64,000 nt of DNA from contig NIVC01001228.1 of the NCBI GenBank assembly GCA_002269645.1, positions 62,001 through 126,000 on the forward strand, read 5' to 3'. Made by a program: the position numbers and the translations under genes. Shown here one piece after another: positions 26,692-38,339 of this stretch; the stretch's first letter is position 1, and each line of letters begins with the position of its first letter. The notes under the pieces were generated by a model that was not told where the DNA came from, made no database searches, and saw only the letters and a program-made list of their open reading frames with translations. Origin of the DNA: Macrostomum lignano. Taxonomy: Eukaryota.

Positions 26692-26811
26692 CTGACGGCT
26701 TTTTAAAGTCATCCGAGTCACAGTACCGACACATTGAAGTTTAAAGGGCTTAAAAACGTATAAGAAATTTGCATCTAAAATTTTAAAATAATCCAGAATC
26801 CATTAGCTAAG

Positions 26812-28645
26812 AATCCCAATTCCCAATGTAGATGCTATAGAATCCCAATCTAGATGCTAGATAGAATCCCAATCTAGATGCTATAGAATCCCAATCTAGA
26901 TGCTATAGAATCCCAATCTAGATGCTAGATAGAATCCCAATCTAGATGCTATAGAATCCCAATCTAGATGCTATAGAATCCCATTCTAGATGCTATAGAA
27001 TCCCATTCTAGATGCTATAGAATCCCATTCTAGATGCTATAGAATCCCATTCTAGATGCTATAGAATCCAATTCTAGATGCTATAGAATCCCAATCTAGA
27101 TGCTAGATAGAATCCCAATCTAGATGCTATAGAATCCCAATCTAGATGCTATAGAATCCCAATCTAGATGCTATAGAATCCCAATCTAGATGCTAGATAG
27201 AATCCCAATCTAGATGCTATAGAATCCCAATCTAGATGCTATAGAATCCCATTCTAGATGCTATAGAATCCCATTCTAGATGCTATAGAATCCCATTCTA
27301 GATGCTATAGAATCCCATTCTCGATGCTATAGTCTATAAAATCCCAATCTACATGCTATGGAATCCCAATCTAGAAGCTAAGAATCCCAATCTACATGCT
27401 ATAGAATCCCAATCTAGATGCTATAGAATCCCAATCTAGATGCTAGATAGAATCCCAATCTAGATGCTATAGAATCCCAATCTAGATGCTATAGAATCCC
27501 AATCTAGATGCTAGATAGAATCCCAATCTAGATGCTATAGAATCCCAATCTAGATGCTATAGAATCCCATTCTAGATGCTATAGAATCCCATTCTAGATG
27601 CTATAGAATCCCATTCTAGATGCTATAGAATCCCATTCTAGATGCTATAGAATCCCATTCTAGATGCTATAGAATCCCAATCTAGATGCTAGATAGAATC
27701 CCAATCTAGATGCTATAGAATCCCAATCTAGATGCTATAGAATCCCAATCTAGATGCTATAGAATCCCAATCTAGATGCTAGATAGAATCCCAATCTAGA
27801 TGCTATAGAATCCCAATCTAGATGCTATAGAATCCCATTCTAGATGCTATAGAATCCCATTCTAGATGCTATAGAATCCCATTCTAGATGCTATAGAATC
27901 CCATTCTCGATGCTATAGTCTATAAAATCCCAATCTACATGCTATGGAATCCCAATCTAGAAGCTAAGAATCCCAATCTACATGCTATAGAATCCCAATC
28001 TAGATGCTATAGAATCCCAATCTAGATGCTAGATAGAATCCCAATCTAGATGCTATAGAATCCCAATCTAGATGCTATAGAATCCCATTCTAGATGCTAT
28101 AGAATCCCATTCTAGATGCTATAGAATCCCATTCTAGATGCTATAGAATCCCATTCTAGATGCTATAGAATCCCATTCTAGATGCTATAGAATCCCAATC
28201 TAGATGCTAGATAGAATCCCAATCTAGATGCTATAGAATCCCAATCTAGATGCTATAGAATCCCAATCTAGATGCTATAGAATCCCAATCTAGATGCTAG
28301 ATAGAATCCCAATCTAGATGCTATAGAATCCCAATCTAGATGCTATAGAATCCCATTCTAGATGCTATAGAATCCCATTCTAGATGCTATAGAATCCCAT
28401 TCTAGATGCTATAGAATCCCATTCTCGATGCTATAGTCTATAAAATCCCAATCTACATGCTATGGAATCCCAATCTAGAAGCTAAGAATCCCAATCTACA
28501 TGCTATAGAATCCCATTCTAGATGCTATAGAATCCTATTCTAGATGCTATAGAATCCTATTCTAGATGCTATAGTCTATAGAATCCCAATCTACATGCTA
28601 TAGAATCCGAATCTAGAAGCTAAGAATCCCAATCTAGATGCTAAG
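26812..28645. repeat. 22-bp minisatellite AGAATCCCAATCTAGATGCTAT with higher-order structure
   Basis: Direct reading. The variant block TCGATGCTATAGTCTATAAAATCCC recurs at 27321, 27907 and 28425. Confidence 0.96.
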
Positions 28646-29189
28646 ATTTTCAATTTTTATGGGATATGTTTCTCTTGAAATTTCAGCATAGATTTTGTGT
28701 AATAAACAGTGCTTTCATGTAGTTACGTTCTACAGTTTGCATAGCAGGGAATATATAAATATGGTAGGAAAGCATTGTCTTTGGAAGGCTTGATCAGCTG
28801 TGCAAACGTGCATTTTTCTTTAGCAGTGCTAAAGCTTCAGAGTATTAAGATATTAAAATTCCTGTTCATTGTTCGTGTTTCTATGCGACATTATATTGAA
28901 CATGTCGCGCGTGAAACAATGCGAACTCTGATATATTGTAGCTAGAGATTGTGCTAGCTTATAAAAGTTCTCTGTAACCTTCTATAGTATTGATTTTTTC
29001 ATTCTTGCAGAGTTTGTTTCCTCCCATGCGCAAATTTCCATGAATGACATTGCTTAAGCGTAGCGAGAACCGAAAAACTTATTAGCATTCAATAATAAAT
29101 TGCATCTGCTGCGTCTGTACTCTGTACTTTGTACTTATTATTCTATTTGTGTTTTTGTCTCTTATGTCAGCTTATGTAGTATGGAGCCA

Positions 29190-29712
29190 ACTTAGTAGAT
29201 TGTGTGGCGTCAATTTATTAGATAGTGTGGCGCCATCTAGTCGATAGTGTGGCGCCAATTTAGTAGATAGTGTGGCGCCATCTAGTAGATAGTGTGGCGC
29301 TTTCAAGTAGGTAGTGTGGTGATCTAGTAAATCATGTGGCGCCATCTAGTAAATAGCGTGTCGCCATCTAGTAGATAGCGTGTCGCCATTTAGTAGATAG
29401 CGTGTCGCCATTTAGTAGATAGTGTGGCGCCATCCAGTAGGTAGTGTGGCGCCATCTATTAGATAAGGAGGCGCTATCTATTAGATAGTGTTGCGCCATC
29501 TAGTAGATAGTGTGGCGCCATTTAGTAGATAGCGTGTCGCCATCTAGTAGATAGCGTGTCGCCATTTAGTAGATAGTGTGGCGCCATCTATTAGATAAGG
29601 AGGCGCTATCTATTAGATAGTGTGGCGCCATCTAGTAGATAGTGTGGCGCCATTTAGTAGATAGTGTGGCGCCATCTAGTAGATAGTGTGGCGCCATCCA
29701 GTAGATAATGTG
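29190..29712. repeat. 22-bp minisatellite TAGTAGATAGTGTGGCGCCATC upstream of DCPS
   Basis: Direct reading. Confidence 0.93.
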
Positions 29713-29850
29713 GCTCCCTGTTTAGTATTTTTATGTTTGTGGAAGTAACAGTGACAAAGTTAAATTATTATCTTTGTAAATATCTCAAGACCATGTTTAT
29801 TTTTTTATGTTGATTGAAGTCAATTCCAAGGAAAAACGAGAATAAATCCT

Positions 29851-31514
29851 ATGGCATCTACTCAAGAGGCAGCTGGCAACAAGAGCTCCGAAGTTAGTGA
29901 CGAGCCTACGCCAGCTAAACAGCCTCGCCTTGATCAGCCGACAGCGTCTCAAGAGTCGACTGCTATGCAACAACACGATTTTACCAAATTCCGTTTAGTA
30001 GAAATTCTTGACAATTCGCAGCGAGCAAAATACGTCGCTCTGTTAGGGAAATTCGATACTACTGCTCGAATTAGTAGTAGTAGTAGTAGTAGTAGTAGTC
30101 AGGATGGCAAAAATGGCGAAGATTCCAAATCCAATTCAACGTCGGCTATATTACTATTGGAGAAGGAAGCGTTTCCAATTGAACAGTTACAGCAGAGCCA
30201 GCTTGGCTTGTCGTTGTTCGACCACCGCCAAACTGTTGAAACAGTGATGCACAACGATATCTGGCACAAGTACAGACTGCCCTTAGAATCTAGTTTTTGC
30301 CTAGCCAAAGCCACTCTTGTACACCCGGCTACCGATAGATTAGCGGCCAAATATCGCCGGCGTCCTTGTCATCTGGTTGTTGAATCGCCCGAAGATTATC
30401 GCAAACGTACGGAACCGGCGCTTAAATCTGCCGGAGCTAAGCATAGCCTAGCCTGGGTTGGCAACCTGTTAGACGGCAGCGCCGAGGCAGATCGCCTTGT
30501 GTTTGACGATCCCGATCCAGCTGTTGGATTTGTTTTACACGCCGATTTAAAATGGGACGGTCGACAAATTGATGACTTGTATTGTTTAGCTGTGTGTCGA
30601 GTGGATGGTCTGCATAGCTTGAGGCAATTGGGTGCGCAGCATCTGCCGCTGTTGGAGAACTTGATGGATAAGGGACGGAAGGCCCTTAGAGATAGGTTTG
30701 TTTAAATTCCTCTTTTGATTAGGCTGCTGCAATCATTTGTTAAAAAAAAACTAGCTAGTTATTTACGAGCTATTTTAATTCGGTGTTTAAATGGTTGGTT
30801 ACGTAGTCGGTCATATAGCTAGTTAGTTGGGTGGTTTGTCTGTTAGTCAGTTAGTAAATTAGCTTGTTAGCTTGTTTGTTTGTTTGTTTGTCAGTTAATT
30901 AGTTTGCTAGCTAGCTGTTCAGTTAGTTAGCTACTTAGTCAGTCAGTCAGTCAGTCAGTCAGTCAGTCAGTCAGTCAGTCAGTCAGTCAGTCAGTCAGTC
31001 AGTCAGTCAGTCAGTCAGTCAGTCAGTCAGTCAGTCAGTCAGTCAGTCAGTCAGTCAGTCAGTCAGTCAGTCAGTCAGTCAGTCAGTCAGTCAGTCAGTC
31101 AGTCAGTCAGTCAGGCAGTCAGTCAGTCAGTCAGTCAGGCAGTCAGGCAGGCAGTCAGTCAGTCAGGCAGTCAGTCAGGCAGTCAGTCAGTCAGTCAGTC
31201 AGGCAGTCAGTCAGGCAGTCAGGCAGTCAGTCAGTCAGTCAGTCCCCTACTAAATCCGCAGGTATGGAGTGCCGCTAAGTCAGCAGCGAGTGTTTCTGCA
31301 CTACCAGCCGAGTTTCTACCATTTGCACGCTCATTTCACTCACGTCTCGGCCGACTGGCCGGGTCAGCAGGCCGAGCGAGCCCACCTAGTAACCGAAATT
31401 ATCAACAATATCCGACTAATGCCGGATTATTATCAGAAAGCGACGCTAACTTTCCCAGTTAAGGAAGGCGAACCACTGTACGATGCTTACAAAGATCAAC
31501 TGGATTTGCTGTAG
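29851..31514 (+). CDS. DCPS: m7GpppX scavenger decapping enzyme
   Basis: Exons 29851-30695 and 31262-31514. Motifs NDIWHKY, KATLVHPAT, ADLKWDG...LYCLAV, LHYQPSFYHLHAHF (HIT-like), RAHL...IINNI. Confidence 0.95.
30945..31245. repeat. (AGTC)n microsatellite in DCPS intron
   Basis: Direct reading. Confidence 0.97.
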
Positions 31515-31849
31515 TCATTGTAGTGCATTGTCTGACTTCTGTCTTGCTCTTGTTGCCAAAAAGAGTTGAATTAATTTATCGTCTTGCTGACTGACTTTAT
31601 TAGAGAATTGTACTTTACTTTTTTAATTAAAGATCTTTTTGTATAGAAATAATTGGTGCCGTAAAAATGCTACTATCACTACAGCAGATGGCACTATATC
31701 CTCAGTGCGATAGCATTTATATCAATATCGATCTTAACAACAACACCATATATGTGACATTGTGTCACACGTCTTCAAAAATGATACCGTACCGTCCAAA
31801 TGGGTCATTTGGTGTGAAAAAATATTCAGAAAATAACACTATCTACAAA

Positions 31850-31942
31850 AATGGCATCACATTCACCAATAAGTGGCACTGTATCTTCAAAAATGGCATC
31901 ACATTCTCCAATAAGTGGCACTGTATCTTCAAAAATGGCATC
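31850..31942. repeat. 45-bp unit duplicated about twice
   Basis: CAAAAATGGCATCACATTC(A/T)CCAATAAGTGGCACTGTATCTT occurs twice, followed by a partial third copy. Confidence 0.85.
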
Positions 31943-32451
31943 GTAATCCCTAGAGATGTCTTGATATGTAAAAAATGAAATAATATGTGCAAGTAGATGA
32001 GGCTTCTCGTTATTAGATAATGGCGTAAACTTTTTAAGGAGATAGCTACCATTTTTAGCCAGTTCAAAACAATTTAACCAATAAATAGCTCATGCTTGTA
32101 TAAATGCCTATATATAGTCGATTATTGTTGTTATTTAAATGTCTACCAAATGATTACGATGAGTAGTTGATACTTAAGTTTGCATTTCTTATCGTGCATA
32201 TGTCAAATTACCTAGGCGCTTTACAGCTTGCTAACTTGTTAGTTAATGCACTGTTTCGTGTTTACGAAATAAACTAAACGTTTTTTGGCGTCGATCATTC
32301 TGTAGATTTGTGTTTGAATTTTTTTACAGCATAGGAATAATAGAATGTATACGATTTATAATATACATACTATTCGATGCTTTAATGATATGCTCGAATA
32401 CCATATTTGAATGCATGTTCGATTTCTAACCCCGAGTAATAAGCTTAAGAG

Positions 32452-32730
32452 ATGGCCAAACGCACCAAAAAGGTTGGCATTGTTGGCAAATACGCCACCC
32501 GTTACGGCGCTTCGCTGCGTAAAACGGTGAAAAAGATTGAAATCCAGCAGCATTCAAAGTACACCTGTTCATTCTGCGGCAAAGACGCTCTCCGTCGCCA
32601 GGCTGTGGGCATCTGGCACTGTCGCGGCTGTCGGAAAACTCTGGCCGGTGGCGCCTATGTGTGCTCTACGACCGCTGCGGTGACCACCAGGGCCGCCATT
32701 AGGCGTCTGCGCGAGCTTACCGAGGGTTAA
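32452..32730 (+). CDS. RPL37A: 60S ribosomal protein L37a (eL43), intronless
   Basis: [24 protein letters not shown]...YTCSFCGK...GIWHCRGC zinc ribbon. AATAAA at ~32818. Confidence 0.98.
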   Translation: MAKRTKKVGIVGKYATRYGASLRKTVKKIEIQQHSKYTCSFCGKDALRRQAVGIWHCRGCRKTLAGGAYVCSTTAAVTTRAAIRRLRELTEG

Positions 32731-32984
32731 TTGTAATGATTTGTAGAGAGCTGCTATTGGACTGGAGCTGGTTTCTAATATTGATAGCTAAATTCACTGT
32801 GACAGATTGACAAGAAGTAATAAATTTGAGTTGCCGGCCTCAGCTGAGCTGGCAATTTGCCTTCTTGGTTGTGTGTCGTTTGTCGTGAATGGAGTACTTG
32901 GTTCTGCGGGTTGTATTTGCTTTATTTTTATATTTTTAGCACAGAATACACAGCCAGGCTGACAGACTGACAAGACAATTGAAG

Positions 32985-33442
32985 TAAGACTGAGACTGAC
33001 ACTTAGACACTAAGACAGCCACTTGAAGACATTTTAGACTGACACTAAGTCAAACACTTAGACTGACACTAAGTCAAACACTTTAGACTGACACTTAAAC
33101 TGACACTTTAGCCTGACACTAAGTCAAACACTTAGACTGACACTAAGTCAAACACTTTAGACTGACACTTAAATTGACACTTTAGCCTGACACTAAGTCA
33201 AACACTTAGACTGACACTAAGTCAAACACTTTAGACTGACACTTAAACTGACACTTTAGCTTGACACTAAGTCAAACACTTAGACTGACACTAAGTCAAA
33301 CACTTTAGACTGACACTTAAATTGACACTTTAGCCTGACACTAAGTCAAAAACTTAGACTGACACTAAGTCAAACACTTTAGACTGACACTTAAACTGAC
33401 ACTTTAGCTTGACACTAAGTCAAACACTTAGACTGACACTTA
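32985..33442. repeat. Compound minisatellite of TTAGACTGACAC / TAAGTCAAACAC subunits between RPL37A and RPL36A
   Basis: Direct reading. Confidence 0.92.
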
Positions 33443-33526
33443 GAAATATATAATATCATATCTAGCCTAGGTATCTATCAATAAAAAACTCACTAAAAAC
33501 ATGCATGCCCTTAATAGAGACCAGCC

Positions 33527-33844
33527 ATGGTCAACGTGCCGAAAACTCGTCGGACATTTTGCAAGTTCACCTGCAAGAAGCACACGCTGCACAAGGTGAC
33601 CCAGTACAAGTCTGGCAAAGCCTCCCTATACGCTCAGGGCAAGCGCCGCTACGATCGAAAACAGAGCGGCTACGGCGGTCAAACTAAGCCAATCTTTCGT
33701 AAGAAAGCCAAGACCACAAAGAAGATTGTGCTGAGAATGGAATGCTCCGAGTGCAAGCACAGGAAACAATTGGCTATTAAACGGTGCAAGCACTTCGAAT
33801 TGGGCGGCGATAAGAAGAAGAAGGGACAGATGATCCAGTTCTAA
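33527..33844 (+). CDS. RPL36A: 60S ribosomal protein L36a/L44 (eL42), intronless
   Basis: [12 protein letters not shown]...[39 protein letters not shown]...[24 protein letters not shown] 2 nt after CCAG. Confidence 0.98.
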   Translation: MVNVPKTRRTFCKFTCKKHTLHKVTQYKSGKASLYAQGKRRYDRKQSGYGGQTKPIFRKKAKTTKKIVLRMECSECKHRKQLAIKRCKHFELGGDKKKKGQMIQF

Positions 33845-34074
33845 AGTCGATTGTCGGATAGTTTCACTTATATAATATCTGATGACGTTTGGCCGTAATG
33901 ACTTGCAGTAGTTGGATGAAAAAGTGAAAATATAATTGGAATACGTGCTTGTTGCTTTAACGGTTTGGAGTAAAAAAACTTTCACGTTTTCTTGTTTTAT
34001 GTTTCTTTTAGACTTTTTAGCTAGAATATATTGTCCGTAAACCAAGGCATTTTAAGTGTTTAGGTTAATAGTGT

Positions 34075-35030
34075 TAGCTGTTAGTATTTGGTGTTTAGGG
34101 GCTGTAAGTGTCCGTTAATCGTGATGTTTTTGGTCAGGTATTTAGGGTCTGCCTACGGCGCTTCGCTGCGTAAAACGGTGAAAAAGATTGAAATCCAGCA
34201 GCATTCAAAGTACACCTGTTCATTCTGCGGCAAAGACGCTCTCCGTCGCCAGGCTTTGGCAAATTTGCAGCGTAAGGCGTGGTGTTTTAGGTTAGGTATT
34301 TAGGGTCTGCAGTTACCGTGAGTCGTGATGTTTTAGATTAGATATTTAGGGTCTGCAGTGTCCGTGAGTCGTGATGTTTTAGATTAGGTATTTAGGGTCT
34401 GCAGTGTCCGTAAGGCGTGGTGTTATAGGTTAGGTATTTAGGGTCCGCAGTGTCCGTGAGTCGTGTTTTAGATTAGGTATTTAGGGTCCGCAGTGTCCGT
34501 GAGTCGTGTTTTAGATTAGGTATTTAGGGTCTGCAGTGTCCGTGAGTCGTGTTTTAGATTAGGTATTTAGGGTCCGCAGTGTCCGTGAGTCGTGTTTTAG
34601 ATTTGGTATTTAGGGTCCGCAGTGTCCGTGAGTCGTGTTTTAGATTAGGTATTTAGGGTCTGCAGTGTCCGTGAGTCGTGTTTTAGATTAGGTATTTAGG
34701 GTCTGCAGTGTCCGTGAGTCGTGTTTTAGATTAGGTATTTAGGGTCCGCAGTGTCCGTGAGTCGTGTTTTAGATTAGGTATTTAGGGTCTGCAGTGTCCG
34801 TGAGTCGTGTTTTAGATTAGGTATTTAGGGTCCGCAGTGTCCGTGAGTCGTGTTTTAGATTAGGTATTTAGGGTCTGCAGTGTCCGTGAGTCGTGTTTTA
34901 GATTAGGTATTTAGGGTCTGCAGTGTCCGTGAGTTGTGTTTTAGATTAGGTATTTAGGGTCTGCAGTGTCCGTGAGTCGTGGTGATTTAGGTTATTTAGG
35001 TATTTGGGGTATTTAGGTGATTTAGGTATC
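34075..35030. repeat. 43-bp minisatellite TTAGGTATTTAGGGTC(C/T)GCAGTGTCCGTGAGTCGTGTTTTAGA
   Basis: Direct reading, degenerate at both ends. Confidence 0.93.
34154..34255 (+). pseudogene. RPL37A: 102-bp fragment of RPL37A CDS inserted in the 43-bp array
   Basis: Identical by eye to 32503-32604 (TACGGCGCTTCG...CGCCAGGCT). It has no start or stop of its own. Confidence 0.9.
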
Positions 35031-35115
35031 TGTAAGTCTTTGAATCTTGGTGATTGCTACTACAAATATGGTTGCCATGGCAACTAATGCTAACAAACAC
35101 AATCAATTTGCAGAC

Positions 35116-36163
35116 ATGACCAATTCAACCAATCACGGCAATAGTAATCAGGACACGCCGGAGAGTCTAGCGGCTAACAATGAGCAACTGGCCAAACGGT
35201 GCAATGTTGTCCAGGTTACTAATATATCGCCGCAGGCTACTAAGGATCAGATTAAATCGCTGATGGGCTACCTCGGCCACATAGACGAGCTAGTGGTCTA
35301 TCCGAATAATATTAATACTGACCCGCCGCCGTCCAGCCTGGTAGCTTATATTCGTTATAACGAACGCGAGAATGCTCTGCTGAGCTTGCATTTGAACAAT
35401 ACTGTTCTGTTAGACAGAGCACTGATTGTATTGCCTGTGCTATCCAATAAAATACCGGACGAAGCCTACGCTATGAAGGTGATGTGCCCAGAGCACACGT
35501 CCGCAGGCGTGTTTCCTAAAACTGCCGACTGGCCATTGGACGTAATCAGTATGGTTGTTGGCAAGATGGGGGAGCAGCAGATTATCACTGTTGATCCCAA
35601 ACTGTCGTCTGAGCACGCCTACCCGCCTTTGCCGCCTACTACCGATCCTAATAGGATTGAGGAGATCCGGCGGACTGTGCTGGTTACCGGGCTGGAGTCT
35701 AACACCAACCCGCAACAGGTGAGCGCTTGGTGTCTGCATGTCTGTCTGCATGTCTGTCTGCTGTCTGTCTGCTGTCTGTCTGCATGTCTGTCTGCATGTC
35801 TGTCTGCCTGTCTGTCTGCTGTCTGTCTGCATGTCTGTCTGCATGTCTGTCTGTCTGTCTGTCTGTCTGCTGTCTGTCTGCATGTCTGTCTGCCTGTCTG
35901 TCTGCATGTCTGCCTGTCTGCCTGTCTGTCTGTCTGCATGTCTGTCTGCATCTGCATGTCTGTCTGCATGTCTGTCTGCATGTCTGTCTGCATCTGCATG
36001 TCTGTCTGTCTGTCTGCATGTCTGTCTGTCTGTCTGCATGTCTGTCTGTCTGTCTGTCTGTCTGCATGTCTGTCTGCATGTCTGTCTGCTGTCTGTCTGC
36101 ATGTCTGTCTGCATGTCTGTCTGCATGTCTGTCTGTCTGTCTGTCTGTCTGCCTGTCTGTCTA

Positions 36164-36208
<45 letters not shown>

Positions 36209-36301
36209 GTGTCTGTCTGCCTGTCTGTCTGCATGTCTGTCTGCATGTCTGTCTGTCTGTCTGCATGTCTGCCTGTCTGTCTGCATGTCTGTCTGTCTGC
36301 C

Positions 36302-36338
<37 letters not shown>

Positions 36339-38106
36339 GCTATCTGTCTGTCTGTCATTCACACCCTGAGTCCCCGCCCCCCACCCAGGTGATCTCCTAC
36401 TTCGAGCCCGATCTGGAAGTGAAATTCGCTCGCATGGCAACCGGCGACGGCGGTCGAATCGGCTGCTTTGTTGAATTCTCGTGCCAGACTAGCATAGCTA
36501 AGGCGCTGGCCATGTCCGGCGGGGTGATCAACGACGGTCCGGCTGTAGTGCAGCACGCCACCTGCGCTATCATCAAGCCGGCCACAATGTACGGAGTAGA
36601 TCCGAAGACCAGCTTTTTCACCGAGAGTGCGCCTGGCAGCCGGCAAGCTGGCAGATCTTCGTCTAGGCGCAGTCGATCTAGGTTGGTTTGTGTTTGTGTT
36701 TGTGCGCGTATTATCGGAATGTCAGAGACTTTAACCTGGGTGTCAAGGTGTCAAGGACTCATATTTTGTTGTCAAGGTCTCAGATTTGGTTGTCAAGTGC
36801 TCACATTTGGGTCTCAAGACCTCAGAGTTAGTTGTTAAGGTCTTAAAAGTGGGTCGTCAGGGTTTGTAATGTCTGTCAAGGGCTAAAATTTGGTTGTCAA
36901 GGCTTCAAATTGGATGTCAAGGACTCAACTTGGATGTCAAGGACTCAAAGTTGGTTGTCAAGGCCTCAAATTGGATGTCAAGGACTCGAATATGGTTGTC
37001 AAGGGCTCAAATTTGGTTGTCAAAGCCTGAAATATTGTTCTCAAAGACTCAAATTTAGTTGCCACGAACTGAAAAATGGTTTTTCCGGGTCTCAAATTTG
37101 GTTGTCAAGTCCTAAAATATGGTTGTTATGGTTTAAAATTTGGTTGTCAAGGTTTTTAAATTTGGCAAATCAAAAATCAAAATCAAACTTCTATAATCGA
37201 AATTTTATCCCAAGAATTAAAAAAAGCCTGCTGCGAATCCTTAAACCCAGGTCCTCCAGACGCTCGCGCCACTCAGAGCGTCGTCGTTCGCGCTCGCGCC
37301 ATAGTCACAGGCGCCGCTCGTCGCGCTCTCGTTCGCGTTCCCGTCGATCATCGCGCGACCGGGACCGGGATCGGGACCGGGACCGCAAGCGCAGCAGTCG
37401 CAGACGCAGCCGCGATAGGGATCGAGACCGGGACCGCGACAGGGACCGGGACCGGGACCGCGACAGGGACTCGCGCAAGCGGAAGCGCAGCCGCAGCCGA
37501 GACAAGCATCGGGATAAGGACAAGGATCGGGACCGAGACCGGGACCGGGATCGGGATCGCGGCGACGGCGAGGGCGAGGCTGGTCGCACGACGAAATCGC
37601 GCAGTCGCAGTCGGAGCCGCGGTGGCAAGCGTCGGCATCGTCATCGTAGCCGGGACCGCGATAAGAATCGGGACCGGGATCGGGATCGCAAGCGGGACCG
37701 TGGCAAAGACGGCGATCAAGTTGAAGAATCGTCGTCTAACGCCGGCGGAGTCGCGGCAGGCGGCGCAACAGCTGACGAAGACACGAGAGGCAGCGCCGGT
37801 GACGGAGGCGGCGGCAGTCGTAACAGCAGCCGCAGCAGGAGCCGCAGCAACAGTTGCAGTCGCGGACCAACAGGCGAAGTCAAAACCGAGGACAGCGCTA
37901 AAGAAGAGGCCGGCAATGATAATAAAACTGAAGCTAGTAGCGCTGAACAGCAGAAAGAGACAGTTGCGGAAGTAGCTGAAGAGGCTAAGAACGAAGCTAG
38001 CGAGGAGAAAACCGAGGCCCAGCAGCAGCAAGAGCCGCAGGCGGAAGCGGAAGCGAAGGTAGAAGCTACGGAGTCTGCTAACGATTCCTCCATGGACACT
38101 TCGTAG
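35116..38106 (+). CDS. SREK1: SR-related splicing regulator SREK1/SRSF11 family (2 RRMs + RS/RD domain + acidic tail)
   Basis: Exons 35116-35718, 36389-36681, 37251-38106. Motifs VVQVTNISP, HLNNTVLLDRALIVLP...KIPDE, IEEIRRTVLV, EVKFARMA, AIIKP. ATG 2 nt after TTTGCAG. SREK1 versus SRSF11 is not resolved. Confidence 0.88.
35732..36357. repeat. (TCTG)n/(CATG) microsatellite in SREK1 intron 1
   Basis: Direct reading. Confidence 0.96.
36735..37155. repeat. Degenerate 21-bp array GGTTGTCAAGGNCTCAAATTT in SREK1 intron 2
   Basis: TGTCAAG recurs with a ~21-bp period. Confidence 0.8.
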
Positions 38107-38339
38107 ATCATGAAACATAAATAATTGATTGCCGGTGACAAATCAATGGTTGGACTGGCTAACAGTTGAGGGGGCCTATTACATATTCAGTTTGTATAGA
38201 GACATTCTCTGTGTGTTGTGTGTGAATGAATGTGCTGTTTTTTATATGAACTTAGTGAATAAAATAATATTGGTAAGAAACTAAATTTTGTTATTCCGTA
38301 AGTCCTTACTCTAAAAATTCTGAAATCTTTTCCGAATTT

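Noticed and set aside
34088-34303. Second RPL37A gene
   Set aside because: Only 34 codons are homologous. The flanks are array sequence.
36910-37250. N-terminal 113 aa of ORF 36910..38106
   Set aside because: This lies in SREK1 intron 2 (degenerate 21-bp array). The true exon starts at 37251 after CCCAG.
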